From: Gemmatimonadota bacterium
Lineage (GTDB): Bacteria > Gemmatimonadota > Gemmatimonadetes > Palauibacterales > KS3-K002
Assembly: GCA_039589115.1 (NCBI GenBank)
Contig: JBDHHZ010000017.1
Span: forward strand, 1 to 46,772
Length of the DNA: 46,772 nt
Direction: 5' to 3'
In this document: positions 17,507-26,415 of the stretch, in pieces
Numbering within the stretch: position 1 is the first letter of the stretch
Layout of the letters: the number at the start of each line of letters is the position of its first letter
Made by a program: the position numbers and the translations under genes
Notes under the pieces: generated by a model
What the model was told of the DNA's origin: nothing
The model's input: only the letters and a program-made list of their open reading frames with translations
The model's database searches: none

Positions 17507-20029
17507 ATGAGCCCTTCCTCCGCACGCAGTATCAGGTTCCGGGCATTGGGTACCGCCGACCTCCAGGCGCCGGGCGGTACCGATCCCCGGTCCGTCATCG
17601 CCCGACCGAAGCTGCTCGGCCTGCTGTCTTTCTTGGCGGCGGCTCCCGGAGCCTTCCAGCGCCGCGACACACTGACGGGGCTCTTCTGGGGCGAGCTCAG
17701 CCAGGAGCGGGCCCGCGGCGCCCTGCGGCAGTCGCTGTACTACCTGAGACAATTCCTCGGGGAGGGAGTGGTCGTCACTCGAGGCGACGAAGAGGTCGGC
17801 CTCGACGGCGACCTGTTCTGGTGTGATGTCGCGGCGTTCGAGGGTGCGGTGGATCGCGGGGCCCAAGAGGAAGCTCTAGAGCTCTACAGCGGAGATCTGC
17901 TGCAAGGCTTCTATGTCCCCGGCGCCCCGGGATTCGAGCGCTGGCTGGACGAACGGCGCGACGAGCTGCGGGAGCGGGCGCGCGTGGCGGCGTGGGAGCT
18001 GGCGCAGGGCGCCGAGAACCCGGCGAATGCGGCTCGCTGGGCCCGGCGCGCTCTCAAGCTGGCGCCGCTGGATGAGGAGCTGGTGCGGCAAGTCATCGAG
18101 CTGCTCGCCGGAGTGGGGGACCGCTCGGGCGCGGTACGGGAGTACGATGCGTTCGCCAGCCGCATGGCCGAGGAGTTGGAGTTAGAGCCGGCGCCGGAGA
18201 CGCGGGCGCTGATCGAAGCCATCAGGTCCCGCGAGTTGGTCGGCGATGATCCGGCGGCGATGGCCGCGGCGTCGGCGGAATCGGCGGCAGCGTCGGCCGT
18301 CGTTCCGGCCGAGCCAGCGGGGCGCCTCGTCGGGACCCGTCCGTTTCGTCTGGGCCTTATCGCTGGTGCGGCTCTGGTCGTCGGCCTTGGTATCGTTTGG
18401 GCATTCAGCTCGATGGGCGGCGGCCCGGGGCTGGACCCGACACGCGTCGTGGTGGCCGCGTTCGAGAACAGGACAGGCGACCCGGAGCTCGACCCCTTGG
18501 GCCGGATGGCGGCGGATTGGGTGACCGAGGGGCTCGGTTGGATCGACGTGGTCGATGTGGTGCCGAGCACCAGCGGTCTAACGGCGCGCCCCGACCTGGC
18601 CGACGCCGCGAGCTCAGGCCCCGCCGATATCCAGGCGCTGGCCGAGGCGACGAGAGCTGGAACGGTTGTCGCCGGCGCCTATTACCGCAGCGGAACGAAC
18701 ATCGAGTTCCAGGCGCAGGTTGTCGACGCTCGGAACGGAGAACTCCTGACTGCGGTGGCGCCTGTCGGTGGGTCGATCGAGTTCCCCGGTGCCGTCGTCG
18801 ATTCGCTGCGCCGGCGCGTGGTCGGAACCGTCGCCCGGGTGTTCGATTCGCGACTCGCCGACCCGTCCGCCGGCGGTGAGCCGCCGTCGCTGGAGGCCTA
18901 CCGGGAGTACCTCGAAGGTCGGGACCACTTCTATCGCGAGCCGGCGCAGATGCATCAGGCACAGATGCGCCAGGCGCTGACGTTCTTTCAACGGGCCGTC
19001 GCACTGGATTCGACCTTCCTCGAACCGCGCTTCTTCGTCGTCCTAGCGCATGTCAACCTCGGCGAGTGGCAGGCGGCCGACTCCAACGCGCAACTCCTCG
19101 TTCCTCATCGGCCGCGCATGACCGCGGCTCAGGGTCACCTGCTGGACTATCTGCTAGCGCATCTTCGCGGCGATCGCAGGGCGGCACTCGAAGCCACTCG
19201 CGCCTACGGCGGGCTGGACGCCGGGGTCGAAGCTCTCCGAGCGAACCGCCCCCGAGAAGCGATCGACATATTGGCCTCGGTTGACATCGCCGACTTCTAC
19301 TACAAGTGGCTGGATCTGATGCAGGCCTATCATGCGGTTGGCGACTATAGGCGCGAGCTGAGGGAGGCGGAGGGCGGGCGCGGGGTCTTCCCGGACCGAA
19401 TGCGAGTGCTGAACGCCGAGGTGCGCGCGCTAGCGGCGCTGGGACGGGTCGACGAAGTCATGCAGCGGCTCGATGAGAGCGTGCTGCTGCCGCCGGAAGA
19501 CGGTCTGGTGCCGGGCTACCTCATGAAGAGAGCAGCGGCGGAGCTGCGTGCTCACGGTCACCGGGAAGCATCGTTCGAAGCACTCGATCGCGCCTTCGAG
19601 TGGCTGCGATCGCGCCCGGCTGAAGAGGCGGAGAGTGGGTTCCATCGCTTCGAGGTTGCGGAGGCTCTCTATATGAGAGAGCGCTGGGACGACGCCCGCA
19701 TGATATTCGAGGAGCTTGCCGAGGGGCCCCCGCACATCAACGTCCAGGGGTTTCTGGGCGTGCTGGCGGCGCGGCGCGGTGACCGCGAGACCGCGCTCGC
19801 GATCGGCGAGGGACTGACCGGTATGGCGGCCCCCGGCGACTTCGGGCGTGACGTCTACTGGCAGGCGTGCATCGCATCGCTGCTCGGCGACCGCGAGCGG
19901 GCGATGGCGCTACTGAGTGAGGCCTACGCTCGCGGCCGCCTCTTCTCGGTGTTGCTGCACCGGGACATGGACCTCGAGCCTCTCCACGACTATCCGCCGT
20001 TTGAAGACTTCTTGCGGGGGGACGGGTAG
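17507..20029 (+). CDS. Transmembrane SARP-like regulator: wHTH-BTAD, TM, TolB-like domain, TPR
   Basis: RRDTLTGLFW...ARGALRQSLYYLR, CDVAAFE, LYSGDLLQG, FERWLD and APLDE...PAPET; central TM; FENRTGDPELD; TPR-like C-terminus. Confidence 0.88.
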   Translation: MSPSSARSIRFRALGTADLQAPGGTDPRSVIARPKLLGLLSFLAAAPGAFQRRDTLTGLFWGELSQERARGALRQSLYYLRQFLGEGVVVTRGDEEVGLDGDLFWCDVAAFEGAVDRGAQEEALELYSGDLLQGFYVPGAPGFERWLDERRDELRERARVAAWELAQGAENPANAARWARRALKLAPLDEELVRQVIELLAGVGDRSGAVREYDAFASRMAEELELEPAPETRALIEAIRSRELVGDDPAAMAAASAESAAASAVVPAEPAGRLVGTRPFRLGLIAGAALVVGLGIVWAFSSMGGGPGLDPTRVVVAAFENRTGDPELDPLGRMAADWVTEGLGWIDVVDVVPSTSGLTARPDLADAASSGPADIQALAEATRAGTVVAGAYYRSGTNIEFQAQVVDARNGELLTAVAPVGGSIEFPGAVVDSLRRRVVGTVARVFDSRLADPSAGGEPPSLEAYREYLEGRDHFYREPAQMHQAQMRQALTFFQRAVALDSTFLEPRFFVVLAHVNLGEWQAADSNAQLLVPHRPRMTAAQGHLLDYLLAHLRGDRRAALEATRAYGGLDAGVEALRANRPREAIDILASVDIADFYYKWLDLMQAYHAVGDYRRELREAEGGRGVFPDRMRVLNAEVRALAALGRVDEVMQRLDESVLLPPEDGLVPGYLMKRAAAELRAHGHREASFEALDRAFEWLRSRPAEEAESGFHRFEVAEALYMRERWDDARMIFEELAEGPPHINVQGFLGVLAARRGDRETALAIGEGLTGMAAPGDFGRDVYWQACIASLLGDRERAMALLSEAYARGRLFSVLLHRDMDLEPLHDYPPFEDFLRGDG

Positions 20030-20172
20030 CTCGATCGATGGAAGCTCAGGCAACGGCCTTAACGACTGACACATCTAACGACTTGAGATCTCCAGGTAGA
20101 GATAAACCTCTTTGCTTCTCCTCGTGTGACTCGGCCCCGGTGAAGAACCAGACGACCCGAAGAGGTGACACC

Positions 20173-20712
20173 ATGTGGCTCGATGTCTTGAAGCGAAGTA
20201 TCTCAGCGGCTCTCGTCCTGATCGCCGGTTCCGGCACGACCCTGCTGCACGCGCAGGCTCCGTCGGATCAGGCTGCCCTCGAGACGGCGGAGGGCGTGGT
20301 CACCGAGATCTACGGTCTGGTCTCGTTCGAGGCCGGGAACACGCCGGACTGGGACAAGGTCAGGTCCATGTTCATCCCCGAGGCGGTCGTCGTGCTTCGC
20401 ACCAGCAGGGAAGCTTCGACCGTGTTTTCGGTAGAGGGCTTCGTCGGCGATTTCGTCAATTTCGTAGAGAATTCACCCGCCGGCGATATGGGCTTCACGG
20501 AAGAGATCGTGAGGATGAAGTCGCTGGTGTTCGGAGACATGGCTCATGTTCTCGTCCTGTACGAGGCTCAGATAACCGGTTCGCCCAGGCCTCCGCAGCA
20601 GGGCGTGGACAGCTTTTCGCTCATCAAAAAGGACGGGCGCTGGTGGATCGCCGCGATCACCAACGAAATCCCCACACCTGACAGGCCTGTCCCGGAAGTG
20701 CTTCAGAACTAG
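20173..20712 (+). CDS. Exported NTF2/SnoaL-fold protein
   Basis: ATG 20173 with GAGGT RBS; signal peptide ending LHA-Q; PDWDKVRSMF and GVDSFSLIKKDGRWWI patterns. Confidence 0.75.
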   Translation: MWLDVLKRSISAALVLIAGSGTTLLHAQAPSDQAALETAEGVVTEIYGLVSFEAGNTPDWDKVRSMFIPEAVVVLRTSREASTVFSVEGFVGDFVNFVENSPAGDMGFTEEIVRMKSLVFGDMAHVLVLYEAQITGSPRPPQQGVDSFSLIKKDGRWWIAAITNEIPTPDRPVPEVLQN

Positions 20713-20742
20713 GCCTGGGACGGGAGCGCGCGGAGGCACGCC

Positions 20743-22041
20743 ATGACGGAGTCGCTGTACATGCCAGCCTGGTGCCGGATGTCTTCCCTGCTGTTGATCG
20801 CACTCGGCGGATGCGCTGTTGGTGGTGCGCGTGTGCCGGATGATGCAGTGGTGATAAGCAACGGGACCGTGATCGACGGCACCGGGCACGAGCCCATCAC
20901 CGACGGCATCGTCGTCCTCCAAGATGACCGCGTCATAGCCGTGGGTGAGGCGGCAGAGTTCTCCATCCCCCGCGATGCCAGAGTCGTTGACGCGAAGGGC
21001 GGCACCATAATGCCCGGCATCATCAACTCGCACACGCATGCCACCGATGATCCTGCGACTCGTCGAGCGTTCTTGATCGACGGCGTCACAACCGTCTGCA
21101 ACGTGGGGATCTCACTGGACCGGCTCTCCCAGTTCGAGGATGCCTCGGTGCCCGAGGGTCTGTCCGCGAGAGGGTACTGGGCCGGGCCGATCATCACGGC
21201 ACCGGGCGGTTACCCCGGTGCAGTATACGGATTCCAGTTCAACTACGAAGTGGCAACGCCGGCGGAAGCTCGAAGCGCGGTCGCTGATCTCGTGAGCCGC
21301 GGGGCGAGTATGATCAAGATCACTCTTGCCCCCGGCGATCCCCAGGATCCCTGGCCCATTCTCGACCTCGAACGAGTTCAAGCCATCGTGGAGGAAGCCC
21401 ACAGGCTCGGCGTGCTCGTCCGGGCTCATGTGTTCGAGCCGTACCTCGTCGAGGACATCGTTCTCCTGGCCGGTGTAGATGTCATTGAACACTCACCTTT
21501 TCCGATCTTGTCTGTCGAAGAAGAGACCAGCGTTCTGGAGAGCGACGACCCACGCACAACCCTGTTCGAGATCGTCGCGCCGGAGTTTGACACGCTACTC
21601 GCTCGAGTGGTGGAACAGGGCATCGTGATGGTGCCGACTCTCGATGGGAATATCGGAACTCTCTACAGAAAGCCTGACCGTTCACGCGTAGAGCAGATCG
21701 TTGTTGATGTGCACGTCGAGGCCGTTCACCGCTTCCATGCCTTGGACGGAGTCGTCGCGCTCGGGAACGACTTCGGCGCCATCCCCGACGTCCAGCCGGG
21801 TATGCCTATGACAGAGATGAGTCTGCTCCTCGAAGCCGGGCTCACTCCGCTGGAAGTCATCCTGGCTGGCACTCGAAACGCTGCGTTTGTATGCGGGCAA
21901 GGCGACAGACTGGGCACTCTCGAGCCCGGGAAGCTCGCCGATCTTATAGTCGTGGATGGCGACCCGCTGACCGATCTTCAGGCCATGCAGAGGGTTGTCC
22001 TGGTCTTAAAAGATGGTGACATAGCTTACACGGCGAACTAG
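20743..22041 (+). CDS. Exported amidohydrolase-superfamily protein (possible lipoprotein)
   Basis: MPGIINSHTH metal motif, MIKI, VRAH, IEH, GNDFG and GTLEPGKLADL; LGG-C lipobox-like sequence. Confidence 0.9.
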   Translation: MTESLYMPAWCRMSSLLLIALGGCAVGGARVPDDAVVISNGTVIDGTGHEPITDGIVVLQDDRVIAVGEAAEFSIPRDARVVDAKGGTIMPGIINSHTHATDDPATRRAFLIDGVTTVCNVGISLDRLSQFEDASVPEGLSARGYWAGPIITAPGGYPGAVYGFQFNYEVATPAEARSAVADLVSRGASMIKITLAPGDPQDPWPILDLERVQAIVEEAHRLGVLVRAHVFEPYLVEDIVLLAGVDVIEHSPFPILSVEEETSVLESDDPRTTLFEIVAPEFDTLLARVVEQGIVMVPTLDGNIGTLYRKPDRSRVEQIVVDVHVEAVHRFHALDGVVALGNDFGAIPDVQPGMPMTEMSLLLEAGLTPLEVILAGTRNAAFVCGQGDRLGTLEPGKLADLIVVDGDPLTDLQAMQRVVLVLKDGDIAYTAN

Positions 22042-22049
22042 TCCAAACC

Positions 22050-22170
22050 CTCGCGTCAGCGTCATCGCCTCGCCATCGCCCGCGTCCGCGCCCTCGCCCG
22101 CGATTCCCTCGTTCCTTGTAGACATCGCGGAGGCGGACGCGGGCGCGGGCGATGACGCGACGCCGACGAC
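22050..22170. repeat. GC-rich imperfect palindrome (REP-like); 25 bp of its right arm recurs at 25522-25546
   Basis: GCGTCATCGCC/GGCGATGACGC and CGCCCGCGTCCGC/GCGGACGCGGGCG arm pairs. Confidence 0.65.
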
Positions 22171-22206
22171 TCTCCCGAGCCACCTGTCCCACGAAACGAC
22201 AAGTCC

Positions 22207-22260
22207 TTGACAACAGGGGAAAATTGTACTAGAGTGCTAGAGCAATAGAGATCTAGAGCA
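22207..22260 (+). promoter_or_regulatory. Sigma70 promoter overlapped by a putative YtrA-type operator
   Basis: TTGACA-N17-TAGAGT; TAGAG at 22230, 22238, 22246 and 22254; imperfect palindrome TGTACTAG-N4-CTAGAGCA. Confidence 0.75.
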
Positions 22261-22290
22261 CTGGATCAATAGGGGGGCGGGGGATACGAA

Positions 22291-22674
22291 GTGAGCGTGG
22301 CGATCGGGATCGATACGAAGAGCGGGGTACCGTTCTACCGACAGATCATCGAGCAGGTGAAGTTCGCCATCGCCCGGGGCGACCTGGTAACTGGCGACCA
22401 ACTCCCGACGATGCGGCAGCTGGCCGTCGATCTTTCCGTCAACCCGAACACAGTCATCCGCGCCTACCGCGAGCTGGAGATCGCGGGAGTCCTCGAGACC
22501 CATCAGGGCTCGGGTACGTTCGTCGGCCGGCAGAAGCCGCGGGTCGACGAGCTGGAGCGGCAGCGGATGCTGGACCAGATCCTCACCGACCTGCTGGCGC
22601 GGGCCGCCGGTTACGGCTTTTCCCTCGGCGATGTGCTGGAGGGGCTGCGCCAGAGAAAGGAGGGCACGTCATGA
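22291..22674 (+). CDS. GntR-family regulator, YtrA subfamily
   Basis: PFYRQIIEQV...GDQLPTMRQLA..LSVNPNTV.RAYRELE...GSGTFV with a short C-terminal domain. Confidence 0.93.
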   Translation: MSVAIGIDTKSGVPFYRQIIEQVKFAIARGDLVTGDQLPTMRQLAVDLSVNPNTVIRAYRELEIAGVLETHQGSGTFVGRQKPRVDELERQRMLDQILTDLLARAAGYGFSLGDVLEGLRQRKEGTS

Positions 22675-23816
22675 TATCACCGATAGGAAGGGGCGAGTCG
22701 AGGACCAGGCTGCCGAGCTTCTCGCTGGAGAAGTTCGCGGCAACGCTCCGGGCCGACTTCCGCTTCTCTCCGTTCAACGCGCTGATCATGGTAGCGATCT
22801 TCGTTGCGGGGCTCGTCGTTCATCTGAGCATGTACCCGTTCTCTGAGAAGGCGGTGATGCTCGCCCTGGGCTCGGCCGTGATGCTGGCGGTGGCGTTTAG
22901 GGTGACTCAGGTCTGGGAGGCGGTCGTCATTCTAGGGACGGCCGACGCGCTGGCGATCTTCCTGCAGCTGCGACCCGAGAGCGAGGTGCTGGTAATTGCG
23001 GCGATCGTCGCGGTCATCGTCGCTCCGTCGATTCAGATCGCCTACCAGTGGGAGCGTGCGGTAGTACTGCGCTTCGGCCGTTTCCGGGGGCTACGCAAGT
23101 CGGGACTGTTCTTAGTCGTCCCGGTCATCGACAAGGTGGCCCAGTTCGTCGATCAGCGGATCCGCGTCACGGACTTCAGCGCCGAGACGACGCTGACGGC
23201 GGACACGGTTCCGGTCAACGTGGATGCCATCGCGTTCTGGATGGTGTGGGACGCGCAGAAGGCCGTGCTCGAGGTTGAGCATTTCGACGATGCCGTGGTC
23301 ATGTCGGCGCAGACGGCGCTGCGGAACGCGATAGGCAAGAACGATCTCGCCGTCCTGCTCTCGGAGCGCGACCGTCTGGGCCACGAGATCCAGAAGCTTC
23401 TGGAAGAGAAGACGAGCGGTTGGGGGGTCACGACGCAGGCGGTCGAGATCCGCGACATCATCATACCGAAGGGGCTCGAGGACGCTATGTCGCGCCAGGC
23501 GCAGGCCGAGCGGGAGCGTCAGAGCCGGATCATCCTCGGGACCGCCGAGACCGAGATCGCCGAGAAGTTTGCCCGCGCCTCTGAGCACTATCGCAACAAT
23601 CCCGTTGCTCTGCACCTACGGGCGATGAACATGGTGTACGAAGGTCTCAGGCAGAAAGGCTCGATGATCATCGTGCCGTCGACCGCGGTGGAGACGATGG
23701 GGCTTGGCGCGCTGGGCGGCCTGACCGCGTTCGGCGGTGGCATGGCCGGGGCTGCCGGCGCGGTGAACCCGGCGGGGGATGATGAGGACGACGAGCCGTC
23801 GAGTTCTGGAGAATAG
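22671..23816 (+). CDS. SPFH/stomatin (slipin) protein with an extended multi-TM N-terminus
   Basis: WERAVVLRFGRF, AQTALRNAIG, VEIRDI and AMSRQAQAERERQ; several N-terminal TMs; acidic tail. Confidence 0.92.
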   Translation: MISPIGRGESRTRLPSFSLEKFAATLRADFRFSPFNALIMVAIFVAGLVVHLSMYPFSEKAVMLALGSAVMLAVAFRVTQVWEAVVILGTADALAIFLQLRPESEVLVIAAIVAVIVAPSIQIAYQWERAVVLRFGRFRGLRKSGLFLVVPVIDKVAQFVDQRIRVTDFSAETTLTADTVPVNVDAIAFWMVWDAQKAVLEVEHFDDAVVMSAQTALRNAIGKNDLAVLLSERDRLGHEIQKLLEEKTSGWGVTTQAVEIRDIIIPKGLEDAMSRQAQAERERQSRIILGTAETEIAEKFARASEHYRNNPVALHLRAMNMVYEGLRQKGSMIIVPSTAVETMGLGALGGLTAFGGGMAGAAGAVNPAGDDEDDEPSSSGE

Positions 23817-23877
23817 GCGCACCGCAGACCGGGGAGCACTCGAAGAAGAGTCCGGCGCGAGCATGAGGAGGTGACCC

Positions 23878-25437
23878 ATGAGAGCGATAGTGAGCAGTGT
23901 GTTGTTCGTGGCGCTCGGCGTGGGGCTCGCGTGCGATGACGCGCCGAGTCCACCGCCGGGACCCTCATTCCAGGGACCGGCCCGCGGCGACATCATCGCC
24001 CTGTTGCCCCATTCGGCGGTGGCGGCGGTGGAGCTGCGTGGCGTTGCCGACCGCTGGGACGAGCTGCGGGAGATGCATCGATTCGCCCGCCTGCAGGACC
24101 GGATGCTCGCCGAGCTGGGGCTCGACGCCGACGACGTCCCGGAGATTGCCGGCTCACACGCAGTCTTTGCGCTCGTCTTCGACGAAGGCTCACGGGCGAT
24201 CGTGCCGGTGGCCGTCCTCGATCCGCCGTCCAGGGCGGAGGCCCTGGCGCGGCTCGGGCGGAGCGGGAAGCTGGTAGCGGTCGAAGGACGGGGCGCGGTC
24301 TGGGCCGGGCCGACGAGCCGGGCGCGCTTCGTGGAGCGAATCGCCGTCGGGGACGGGACATCGCTCCGCGATGCCGTCGACATTGCGGCGCTCGCGGAGT
24401 GGCTTCCCCCGGGTGGTCTCGTGCGGGCGGTGATCCACCCACGCGCGTTGCGCGAGTATCTGTCAGTGTTCGCGGAGGTGGAGGGGTCCGGCCCAGCCGG
24501 TACTATGGCGGCGCTTCTTCGCGCGGACCTCGAGGCCATCGAGATCGCCGGCTTCCGTCGCGACATCGTCGCTGGTGAGATAGTGACGGACATGTGGATC
24601 GGCATCGACACCGACGTCGTTCCGGAGGCCGTCACGACGGCACTGACCACGCCTCGCGGACCCGCGGTGCTTCCCAGCGATCTGCCCACCGACCTGCTGC
24701 TCGCGAAATCGTTCCGGGTGGAGGCCGATGCAGGGCTGGCCTGGTTGCGGGCAGCTGCAGCCGATGATCCGCGCGGTCCGCTGCGCAATCTCGATTTCTG
24801 GATCGCCGAGTTCGAGGCGCGAAGCGGCAGGAACGTCGAACGGGATCTCGCTGCCGCGCTGGGCGAGCGTGGGATCGCCCTCGTCTTCGAGGGAGAGGGC
24901 GACGGGGCTGTGGAGTTCGTCATGATCCTCGAGGCGGATGACCCGGAGAGGCTCGAGGCGGCCGTTGTGGACCTGCGGGATTGGCTGGCCGAGCAGATCT
25001 GGGGACGCTCGCTGGGGCTGGCAATCCCTCGGTCGTGGACCGCCGGTGAGGGGACTGGCACGGTGCACGGGCTCGACTTCCGGAGCCCCTTCGCTACCGT
25101 CAGCGCGCCCGTCTTCCAGCTCGCCAACGATCAACTCATCGTTGCGACCGACCAGAGCTCGCTTCAGCGCGGCGTCGGGCTAGCCGGCTCGAGGGAGGCG
25201 TGGACCACGCCGGCCTGGGCGCTCGTCGACGGGGCGCCGCCCGACGAGCTAGCGTTGATCCGCACGGCGGCGGTGGCCCGCTTGCTCGCCGCATGTGCTG
25301 AATCTCATTCAGGCGATGGGCCGTGGTTCCTCGGGCCGATTCGAGAGTTCCTCGAGGGTGCCGGTGACGGTCAAGTCGTCGTGCGCTACGAAGAGCGCGG
25401 CTTCAGCGTTTCCGCCCGGATTCGCGTCGACGCGTGA
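23878..25437 (+). CDS. Hypothetical lipoprotein (possibly DUF3352-like)
   Basis: GAGGAGG RBS; signal peptide with GLA-C lipobox; GC3-biased long ORF. Confidence 0.7.
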   Translation: MRAIVSSVLFVALGVGLACDDAPSPPPGPSFQGPARGDIIALLPHSAVAAVELRGVADRWDELREMHRFARLQDRMLAELGLDADDVPEIAGSHAVFALVFDEGSRAIVPVAVLDPPSRAEALARLGRSGKLVAVEGRGAVWAGPTSRARFVERIAVGDGTSLRDAVDIAALAEWLPPGGLVRAVIHPRALREYLSVFAEVEGSGPAGTMAALLRADLEAIEIAGFRRDIVAGEIVTDMWIGIDTDVVPEAVTTALTTPRGPAVLPSDLPTDLLLAKSFRVEADAGLAWLRAAAADDPRGPLRNLDFWIAEFEARSGRNVERDLAAALGERGIALVFEGEGDGAVEFVMILEADDPERLEAAVVDLRDWLAEQIWGRSLGLAIPRSWTAGEGTGTVHGLDFRSPFATVSAPVFQLANDQLIVATDQSSLQRGVGLAGSREAWTTPAWALVDGAPPDELALIRTAAVARLLAACAESHSGDGPWFLGPIREFLEGAGDGQVVVRYEERGFSVSARIRVDA

Positions 25438-25521
25438 TGCGCCGGACCGTATAAGCTCCCCACGGGACGGTGCGCCTGCACCCCGGTGGTAGACTATGTC
25501 TGCTGCCGGGGTGCTTTCTGT

Positions 25522-25546
25522 CGCGGGCGCGGGCGATGACGCGACG
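25522..25546 (+). repeat. 25-bp exact copy of 22138-22162
   Basis: CGCGGGCGCGGGCGATGACGCGACG at both sites. Confidence 0.85.
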
Positions 25547-25635
25547 ACGACGTCAGCGAGGCTTGACTCCCGCTTGACCGCCCACCCTCTTGTTGCAGGC
25601 AGCCTCAACCGCCTGACGTTCGAGGTGGACTGCTG

Positions 25636-26415
25636 ATGTTCTCTCTCTCGAAGTGGTACTGCGACTGCGTGAGCGATGAAGGAGCCGCCGTCATCGGGTA
25701 CTGGGCCCGCATGCGGTGGGGACCGCTCAGCTTGCCCTACGCGGCGACCCTCCACAAGCCGGTCGGCGAGCACCCGCGCGAGCGCTACATGATGCGTCGG
25801 TGCGCCGCTCCAACCATAGAAGACGACGAGCTGCGCTGGGACTGCGAGCGCCTCGGTCTTCGTGGCGTGTGGACCGCCGGTATGCCTGCGATTGAGCGCG
25901 TGCTGCTCGAGACGGCCGAGGGCTCGATCACCTGGCACTGCAACACTCCATGCGGGCGCGCGCGGATCGACCTCGCCGGGGCCGGCCAGGTCTCGGGTCT
26001 TGGATACGCCGAGCGGCTCAGTGTGTCGGTGAGGCCGTGGCGGCTGCCGTTCGAGGAGCTGCGCTGGGGTCGCTTTCTGTCGGCGGACGATGCTGTGACG
26101 TGGATCGAGTGGCGCGGCCGGGAATCGCGCCGCTGGGTGTTTCACAATGGTCGCGAGCTGGAGGGCGCGACCGTCGGCGCGGAACGCATCGAGTTGCCGG
26201 TCGATAGCGGCACCATCGAGTTGCGGGACGCCGTCGTGCTCCGTGAGGGGCGGTTAGTATCCACGGCGCTTCGTGCGATCCCCGCCGCAGGCCTGTGGTT
26301 GCCGGGCGGGATCAAGAACGCTTCCGAGACCAAGTGGCTGGCGCGCGGAACGCTCACGACGGGCACGCGCTGCAGCTCGGGTTGGGCGATACACGAGATC
26401 GTGCGGCTACGATGA
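25636..26415 (+). CDS. Trp-rich hypothetical protein (possible AttH/tocopherol-cyclase-like beta fold)
   Basis: GAGGT RBS; KWYCDCV, GLGYAERL, LPFEELRWGRF and HE.V motifs; ATGA overlap with the next gene. The fold is a guess. Confidence 0.7.
   Translation: MFSLSKWYCDCVSDEGAAVIGYWARMRWGPLSLPYAATLHKPVGEHPRERYMMRRCAAPTIEDDELRWDCERLGLRGVWTAGMPAIERVLLETAEGSITWHCNTPCGRARIDLAGAGQVSGLGYAERLSVSVRPWRLPFEELRWGRFLSADDAVTWIEWRGRESRRWVFHNGRELEGATVGAERIELPVDSGTIELRDAVVLREGRLVSTALRAIPAAGLWLPGGIKNASETKWLARGTLTTGTRCSSGWAIHEIVRLR

Noticed and set aside
23616-25127. 503-aa minus-strand ORF
   Set aside because: Ser/Ala/Arg-rich antisense shadow of the lipoprotein gene.
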